From the sequence record SRR9188677_161: a stretch of 64,000 nucleotides of DNA. One strand, given 5' to 3'. Positions within the stretch are counted from its first letter, which is position 1, and every line of letters starts with the position of its first letter. A program made the position numbers and the translations under genes. The notes under the pieces are model-generated. The model saw only the letters and a list, made by a program, of their open reading frames with translations, was not told the origin of the DNA and searched no databases. This document shows, piece by piece, positions 58,080-64,000 of the stretch.

Positions 58080-60716
58080 CTATTTGACGAAATCAACGGC
58101 TTTTTCCAAAGCTTCCTTAATTCCATTCACATTCTTTCCTTTCCCTGAAGCAAAGAACGGCTGTCCCCCACCGTTTCCTTCAATATACCGGCCTAATTCC
58201 TTGATTACAACATTGGCATTCAAACCTTTATCTGCAACCAGTTCTTTAGAAATATAGCAGTGGATGTTAGGCAGATTATCATCAACCGAAGCCAAAAATA
58301 CAAATGAATTGGGTTGGGAAGTTCCGATGGCCTGAGCCAGATCTTTCGTGGAAGGCATTGACAAATCGACTTGTTTTGCCAAAAAGTTCACCCCATTTAT
58401 TTCCTGGAATTCAGCCACAAGAGTGTTCTTTAATCCTTCAACTTTCTCTTTCAACAACTGTTCAATCTGTTTTTTCAGTTTGGCATTATCGTCCTGAAGC
58501 GTAGCAACCGATTTCAAAACATCCTGCGGATTCTTAAGCGTCTCTTTTATTTCAGAAAGCGTATTTTCCTGATTGGCATAGAAATCCTTAACCGCATCGC
58601 CTGTAATTGCTTCTATACGACGGATCCCGGCAGCAACCGCGCCTTCCGAAACAATTTTGAAATGCCAGATCTCACCCGTATTTTTCACATGGATCCCACC
58701 GCACAATTCACGGCTTTCGCCAAATTCGATCATGCGGACGCTATCTCCATATTTTTCACCAAACAAAGCCATGGCACCTTTGTCCATAGCTTCCTGGATT
58801 GGGATATTCCGGTATTCTATCAATTGTAATTGTTCTTCAATCCTTGCATTTACAAAAGCTTCTACCTTACGTAATTCGTCATCGGTAACTTTGCTGAAAT
58901 GAGAGAAGTCGAAACGCAGGTAATTTGGGTTTACCAACGAACCTTTCTGTTCTACGTGCGTTCCCAAAATCGTCCTCAACCCCAAATGCATCAAATGCGT
59001 AGCCGAATGGTTTTTGGAGGTTGATGTCCTTAAATCGGTATTTACCTTAGCTACAAAGCCTGCTTCAACATTTTCAGGAAGCTGTTTTGCAAAATGCAGA
59101 ATAAGGTTATTTTCTTTTTTAGTGTCGATGATTTCGATCGTTTCGTTTGCTGAAACCAAAGTTCCCTTGTCTCCAACCTGACCTCCGCCTTCCGGATAGA
59201 ATGGCGTGTTGTCAAGAACAATTTGGTATAAAACTCCGTCTTTTTTGGAATCTACCTTACGGATACGGGTGATTTTTACTTCATTTTCAGTTTTATCATA
59301 ACCAACGAATGTTTCTACATTACCAGGAATTAAAACTTTCCAGTCGTCTGTTGAAACTTCCGATGCGGCGCGCGAACGGTCTTTCTGTTTTTTGAGTTCA
59401 GCCTCGAATTCAGTTTCGTTGTAGGTCATTCCTTTTTCTTTCAGGATCAATCCCGTCAAATCTTTTGGAAACCCGAACGTATCGAACAATTCAAATGCTT
59501 TCACCCCTGAAACTTCTTTTCCCGATGTTTTTGAAACGATATTGTCCAGCAATTGCAAGCCCTGATCCAAAGTCCTTAAAAAGGAAGCTTCCTCTTCACG
59601 GATTACATTGGTAACCAACTGCTGCTGCGATTTGATTTCCGGAAAGAACTCGCCCATCTGATCCGCCAAAACAGCTACCAGTTTGTTTATAAATGGCTCT
59701 TTTGTTCCCAAAAAAGTAAACCCATAACGGATGGCACGACGCAGAATTCTACGGATTACATAGCCTGCTCCGGTGTTGGATGGCAGCTGCCCGTCAGCAA
59801 TAGCAAAGGCTACAGCGCGAACGTGGTCCACAATTACACGGATGGCAATGTTGGTTTTGTTTTGTTCTTCTGAAATATTTTTTACCTCGTTTGAAGTGTA
59901 TTTCAATCCTGTGATCTGTTCCACTTTTTCGATAAGCGGCGTAAATACGTCGGTATCGTAGTTGGATGTTTTTCCTTGTAATGCCATGCACAAACGCTCG
60001 AATCCCATTCCGGTATCTACGTGCTGTGCTGGTAATTTTTCTAAACTTCCATCGGCCTTACGGTTGAATTCCATGAAAACGTTGTTCCAGATTTCAACTA
60101 CCTGCGGATGGTCTTTGTTTACCAGACTCTTTCCGGAAACTTTTGCTTTTTCCTCTTCTGAACGCAAATCTACATGGATTTCTGAACAAGGCCCGCATGG
60201 CCCCTGATCACCCATTTCCCAGAAGTTGTCTTTCTTGTTTCCAAGGATGATCCGGTCTTCGTCGATCAGGGTTTTCCAGATGTCCCAGGCTTCCTGGTCA
60301 AACGGGACATTTTCTTCCTCGCTTCCTTCAAAAACGGAAACGTAAAGGTTTTCTTTTGGGATTTTATAAACTTCCGTCAGTAATTCCCAGGCCCAGTTGA
60401 TGGCTTCTTTTTTGAAATAATCGCCAAAAGACCAGTTCCCGAGCATTTCGAACATGGTGTGGTGGTACGTATCAAAACCTACATCCTCCAGATCGTTATG
60501 TTTTCCTGAAACACGAAGGCATTTTTGCGTATCGGCTATTCGTTTGCTTTTAGGGGTTCCGTTTCCTAAAAAATATTCTTTGAACTGGGCCATCCCGGAA
60601 TTGTTGAACATCAGGGTTGGATCGTCTTTGAGTACGATTGGCGCAGAAGGAACGATTAAGTGTCCTTTGGATTCGAAGAATTGTAAAAACTGTTTACGAA
60701 TGTCTTGTGATTTCAT
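58080..60716 (-). CDS. alaS: Alanine--tRNA ligase
   Basis: [41 protein letters not shown]-Ala. Confidence 0.98.
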   Translation of the reverse strand: MKSQDIRKQFLQFFESKGHLIVPSAPIVLKDDPTLMFNNSGMAQFKEYFLGNGTPKSKRIADTQKCLRVSGKHNDLEDVGFDTYHHTMFEMLGNWSFGDYFKKEAINWAWELLTEVYKIPKENLYVSVFEGSEEENVPFDQEAWDIWKTLIDEDRIILGNKKDNFWEMGDQGPCGPCSEIHVDLRSEEEKAKVSGKSLVNKDHPQVVEIWNNVFMEFNRKADGSLEKLPAQHVDTGMGFERLCMALQGKTSNYDTDVFTPLIEKVEQITGLKYTSNEVKNISEEQNKTNIAIRVIVDHVRAVAFAIADGQLPSNTGAGYVIRRILRRAIRYGFTFLGTKEPFINKLVAVLADQMGEFFPEIKSQQQLVTNVIREEEASFLRTLDQGLQLLDNIVSKTSGKEVSGVKAFELFDTFGFPKDLTGLILKEKGMTYNETEFEAELKKQKDRSRAASEVSTDDWKVLIPGNVETFVGYDKTENEVKITRIRKVDSKKDGVLYQIVLDNTPFYPEGGGQVGDKGTLVSANETIEIIDTKKENNLILHFAKQLPENVEAGFVAKVNTDLRTSTSKNHSATHLMHLGLRTILGTHVEQKGSLVNPNYLRFDFSHFSKVTDDELRKVEAFVNARIEEQLQLIEYRNIPIQEAMDKGAMALFGEKYGDSVRMIEFGESRELCGGIHVKNTGEIWHFKIVSEGAVAAGIRRIEAITGDAVKDFYANQENTLSEIKETLKNPQDVLKSVATLQDDNAKLKKQIEQLLKEKVEGLKNTLVAEFQEINGVNFLAKQVDLSMPSTKDLAQAIGTSQPNSFVFLASVDDNLPNIHCYISKELVADKGLNANVVIKELGRYIEGNGGGQPFFASGKGKNVNGIKEALEKAVDFVK

Positions 60717-60770
60717 TTTGGATTATTAGATAATTAGATCTTTAGGTTCTCAGATAACAATAGTTCTTTT

Positions 60771-60829
60771 TAGCCCCGATTGCAGTGAAAATCCTTTTTT
60801 GAAAAAAAAGATTGTAACGGAAAGCGGGA
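60771..60829 (+). ncRNA. Flavo-1-like structured RNA/repeat
   Basis: AGCCCCGATTGCAGTGAAAATCCTTTTTTGAAAAAAAAGATTGTAACGGAAAGCGGGA. Confidence 0.6.
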
Positions 60830-60961
60830 GGATTGTTGAATAGATTTCCGAATGTTCCGCTCCTAAAAATAAATTTTAGGCATTGACTGAAACATTTGGT
60901 AAATTTGTTCGTATAACCATTGTTTTCTTAAAACAAGCACAAAAATAGCATAAAATAAAAA

Positions 60962-61942
60962 ATGGCGAAGAAAGTAAAGTATTATTTCGATACCGAAAGT
61001 TTAGCTTATCGTAAAATTAAACCGAAACTGTCCAAAAAACTGGGATACATTGGTTTGTTTTTACTGGCTTCGGGCCTTTTTGGATTTTTGTGTTTTGTGG
61101 CTTTACTGAATACTTCGCTTTTAGATACCCCGAAAGACCGTTTGCAAGCACGTGAAATTGAAACGATGAAGCTCCGTTACTCCATCCTGAACAAAAAAAT
61201 GGACGAAATAGACGAAGTTTTAGCCGATGTTGCCGATCGGGACAACAATGTTTACCGGGCTTATTTCAACACCTCGCCGATTCCCATGGAACAGCGAAAA
61301 GCAGGATTTGGCGGCGTGAACCGATACAAGGAACTCGAAGGGTTCGACAATTCGCAATTGGTGGTCAATACGTCAAAACGCGTGGATATCATTTCGAAGG
61401 AACTCGCTATCCAGTCAAAATCCTTGGACGAAATACTGAAACTGGCTAAGGAAAAAAACAAATTACTGGCTTCCATCCCGGCGATACAGCCTGTTAAGAA
61501 CGAGCAGATGAAACATATTGCTTCGGGGTTTGGCTACAGAAGCGACCCGTTTACCAAAGTAAGAAAGATGCACGAAGGAATGGATTTTACGGCAAAAACC
61601 GGAACTCCAATATACGCGACTGGTGATGGTGTTGTAGCTGCCGCGGACAATTCAAAATCGGGTTATGGAAACCATATCGAGATAAAACATGGATTTGGCT
61701 ACATGACTTTATACGGGCATTTAAGCAAATACAACTGCCGTGCCGGACAACGCGTAAAACGGGGCGATATCATCGGCTATGTAGGAAGCACCGGCCGAAG
61801 CGAAGCACCGCACTTGCACTATGAGGTACACAAGGACGGAAAAGTAGTCAATCCAATTAATTTTTATTACGGCAATATATCGGCTGCGGAATATGTAGCG
61901 ATTTCAAAAGTAGCTAACCAAGAAAACCAATCATTAGACTGA
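60962..61942 (+). CDS. M23 family metallopeptidase
   Basis: HEGMDF, YGHL, PHLHYEV. Confidence 0.92.
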   Translation: MAKKVKYYFDTESLAYRKIKPKLSKKLGYIGLFLLASGLFGFLCFVALLNTSLLDTPKDRLQAREIETMKLRYSILNKKMDEIDEVLADVADRDNNVYRAYFNTSPIPMEQRKAGFGGVNRYKELEGFDNSQLVVNTSKRVDIISKELAIQSKSLDEILKLAKEKNKLLASIPAIQPVKNEQMKHIASGFGYRSDPFTKVRKMHEGMDFTAKTGTPIYATGDGVVAAADNSKSGYGNHIEIKHGFGYMTLYGHLSKYNCRAGQRVKRGDIIGYVGSTGRSEAPHLHYEVHKDGKVVNPINFYYGNISAAEYVAISKVANQENQSLD

Positions 61943-62274
61943 TGCACATAGAACTAACAGAAGGCAAAAGATATTACAGCATTGGAGAAGTGTCCAAGGC
62001 TTTTAACGTGAACACCTCGCTGATCCGTTTTTGGGACAAGGAATTCGATATCCTCAAACCCAAGAAAAATGCGAAAGGAAACCGGATGTTCACTCCCGAG
62101 GATGTAAACAACCTCAAACTGATTTACCATCTGGTAAAGGAGCGCGGTTTCACGCTTGAAGGCGCCAAAACCCATCTGAAAGAAGGCCAGAAAAAAACCC
62201 TGGACAAATTTGAGATCATCAGCAAACTTGAGGCAATCAAGTCACAATTGCAGAATATTAAAAACCAACTATAA
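61942..62274 (+). CDS. MerR-family HTH regulator
   Basis: YYSIGEV...IRFWDKEF...GNRMF. Confidence 0.88.
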   Translation: MHIELTEGKRYYSIGEVSKAFNVNTSLIRFWDKEFDILKPKKNAKGNRMFTPEDVNNLKLIYHLVKERGFTLEGAKTHLKEGQKKTLDKFEIISKLEAIKSQLQNIKNQL

Positions 62275-62311
62275 CAACAAAAATTAAAAACAACTTTAAA
62301 AACAAAGACAA

Positions 62312-62905
62312 ATGAACTTTAGAAGATTTTTACCTTGGATTATTGTAGCCGTAATTGTAATTGGACTTTACATGTGGGCTTCGGGCATTTACAACAAAGC
62401 CGTAACCTTTGATCAGAACATAAAAGAAAGCTGGGGTAATGTTCAGACCGCTTACCAAAGAAGGACCGACCTTATCCCGAATTTAGTTGAAACTGTGAAA
62501 GGATATGCTAAACATGAAGAAGGCACTTTGACAGCTGTTGTAGAAGCACGAGCAAAAGCTACTTCTGTGACTGTTGACCCGACCAATATCACCCCGGAGC
62601 AGATGGCTGCTTTCTCACAGGCACAATCTGGTGTTTCATCAGCATTGTCAAGGTTATTGGTTAGCGTTGAGGCCTATCCGGATTTGAAAGCAAATCAGAA
62701 CTTCCTGAAACTTCAGGATGAACTGGCCAGCACAGAAAACCAGATACTGACTGCAAGAACACGTTACAACGAAGCGATTAAACCTTACAACAATAACATC
62801 AACACCTTCCCTAGAAATATTTTAGCAGGCATGTACGGATTAAAGGAAAAACCTTATTTTGAAGCAGCAGCCGGTGCCGATAAAGCTCCATCTGTAAAAT
62901 TCTAA
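62312..62905 (+). CDS. lemA: LemA family protein
   Basis: YQRRTDLIPNLV, EAYPDLKANQNF, ENQI...R..YN. Confidence 0.93.
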   Translation: MNFRRFLPWIIVAVIVIGLYMWASGIYNKAVTFDQNIKESWGNVQTAYQRRTDLIPNLVETVKGYAKHEEGTLTAVVEARAKATSVTVDPTNITPEQMAAFSQAQSGVSSALSRLLVSVEAYPDLKANQNFLKLQDELASTENQILTARTRYNEAIKPYNNNINTFPRNILAGMYGLKEKPYFEAAAGADKAPSVKF

Positions 62906-62908
62906 ACC

Positions 62909-63346
62909 ATGTCTAAAGTAGAAGATTTTTTAACTCCTGCGGAAGAACAGGAAATTGTTCAGGCCATTGGCTTGGCTGAAAAAAACACTTCTGGCGAAAT
63001 CAGGGTACATATAGAAAAAGAAACTTCCATTGCTGCGATAGACCGGGCGATGGAAGTCTTCCGTAGCCTCAATATGGAAAACACCCAAGAACGGAATGGC
63101 GTTATCATTTACGTGGCGGTAAAAAGCCATCAGTTTGCCATTTACGGCGATCAGGGCATTAATGAAAAAGTTTCCGGTGATTTCTGGGATTGCACCAAAG
63201 ACATCATGGCCAGCCACTTCAAAAACGGCGATTTTAAACAAGGCTTAATTGAAGGAATCCTTAATGCCGGGGAGCAGCTCAAAAAGCATTTTCCATACCA
63301 GGATGGCGATACCAACGAACTTTCAAACGAAATATCAAAAGGATAA
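62909..63346 (+). CDS. TPM domain protein
   Basis: AEKNTSGEIRVHIE, RNGV, GDQGI, NELSNEIS. Confidence 0.88.
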   Translation: MSKVEDFLTPAEEQEIVQAIGLAEKNTSGEIRVHIEKETSIAAIDRAMEVFRSLNMENTQERNGVIIYVAVKSHQFAIYGDQGINEKVSGDFWDCTKDIMASHFKNGDFKQGLIEGILNAGEQLKKHFPYQDGDTNELSNEISKG

Positions 63347-63373
63347 CTCTATGGTTATTTTAAATTTTAAATT

Positions 63374-64000
63374 ATGAATTTTAAATTAATTCCAATTAAT
63401 AAGGATGTCCTTTTTTTTGTTGCTGCATTGTTGACTTTTGCATCAGTTTTTGCCCAATTCGACATTCCCGAAAAACCTAAATTCCAGACTTCGGTTTACG
63501 ATTATGCCAATCTTTTAAGCGCTTCCGAAAAAACGCAATTGGAAGAAAAGCTGGTCCGCTATTCCGATTCCACTTCTACCCAGATTGTCGTCGTTACCAT
63601 TGAAAGCCTGAAAGGCGAAGACATTGGCATCCTGGCTCCAAAATGGGGACATGAATGGGGTGTCGGACAAGCGAAAGAAGATAATGGTGTTTTTATACTT
63701 TTGGCTAAGGCGGAAAGAAAAATATGGATTGCTCCCGGTTATGGTTTGGAAGACCGACTGACAGCAGGGCAAAACGGGGAAATCATCCGTAACATTATCA
63801 TTCCCGAATTCAAAGCTGGTAGCTATTACCGTGGATTGGACAAAGGTGCCGATGCCCTTTTCGATGTCTTTACAGGAAAATACAAAGGCGAACGCAAGGC
63901 AGACAAAAAAGGCGGCGGATTCCCGATTATCCCTATCATTGTCATCCTCATTGTCATTATCATCATCGCATCCAAAAACAAAAATAATCGTGGAGGAAGA
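63374..64000 (+). CDS. TPM domain protein (YgcG-like), 3' end outside the window
   Basis: Own translation from ATG 63374: MNFKLIP...AQFDIPEKP...VYDYANLL...TQIVVVTI...WGVG...DNGV...GYGLE; open to the window end. Confidence 0.88.
   Translation, partial: MNFKLIPINKDVLFFVAALLTFASVFAQFDIPEKPKFQTSVYDYANLLSASEKTQLEEKLVRYSDSTSTQIVVVTIESLKGEDIGILAPKWGHEWGVGQAKEDNGVFILLAKAERKIWIAPGYGLEDRLTAGQNGEIIRNIIIPEFKAGSYYRGLDKGADALFDVFTGKYKGERKADKKGGGFPIIPIIVILIVIIIIASKNKNNRGGR

Noticed and set aside
60719-63390. Short 7-8-bp AT-rich tandem runs near the alaS start (60719-60755) and before the last TPM gene (63357-63390)
   Set aside because: Low-complexity microsatellites common in flavobacterial intergenic DNA; no associated mobile gene.

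Overview
Chromosomal segment of a Flavobacterium-like bacterium (Bacteroidota), shown by TTTG-N19-TAnnTTTG promoters, T9SS C-terminal domains, a SusC/SusD pair and the rpsU-xerC-hpf-tRNA gene order. Most of it is housekeeping or common flavobacterial genes: rpsU, xerC, hpf, rnhB, lipB, lysS, hemL, hutU, phhA, alaS, lemA and TPM genes, plus five T9SS cargo proteins. The most interesting part is 40.8-54.1 kb. It holds three tandem paralogous TPR-sensor histidine kinases and one NarL/LuxR response regulator. A 20-bp palindrome (AATACGGCA-N2-TGCCGTATT) occurs four times, always exactly 21 nt upstream of a -7 promoter box. The four promoters drive (i) an operon for an FGE/CLec-fold protein without a T9SS signal plus a T9SS Ig-stalk protein carrying five 27-aa Cys/GGxxDG repeats, (ii) a putative ~110-nt sRNA or attenuated leader, (iii) a small membrane protein plus two of the kinases, and (iv) a lipoprotein. 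Also seen: four Flavo-1-like structured repeats, a helically phased repeat region between lipB and lysS, a DUF2851 gene relic, the extended Shine-Dalgarno of rpsU, and stand-alone paralogues of both ends of a 2111-aa adhesin. No CRISPR array, transposase, phage gene or reverse transcriptase was seen. Family assignments come from motif recognition only; no database searches were run.
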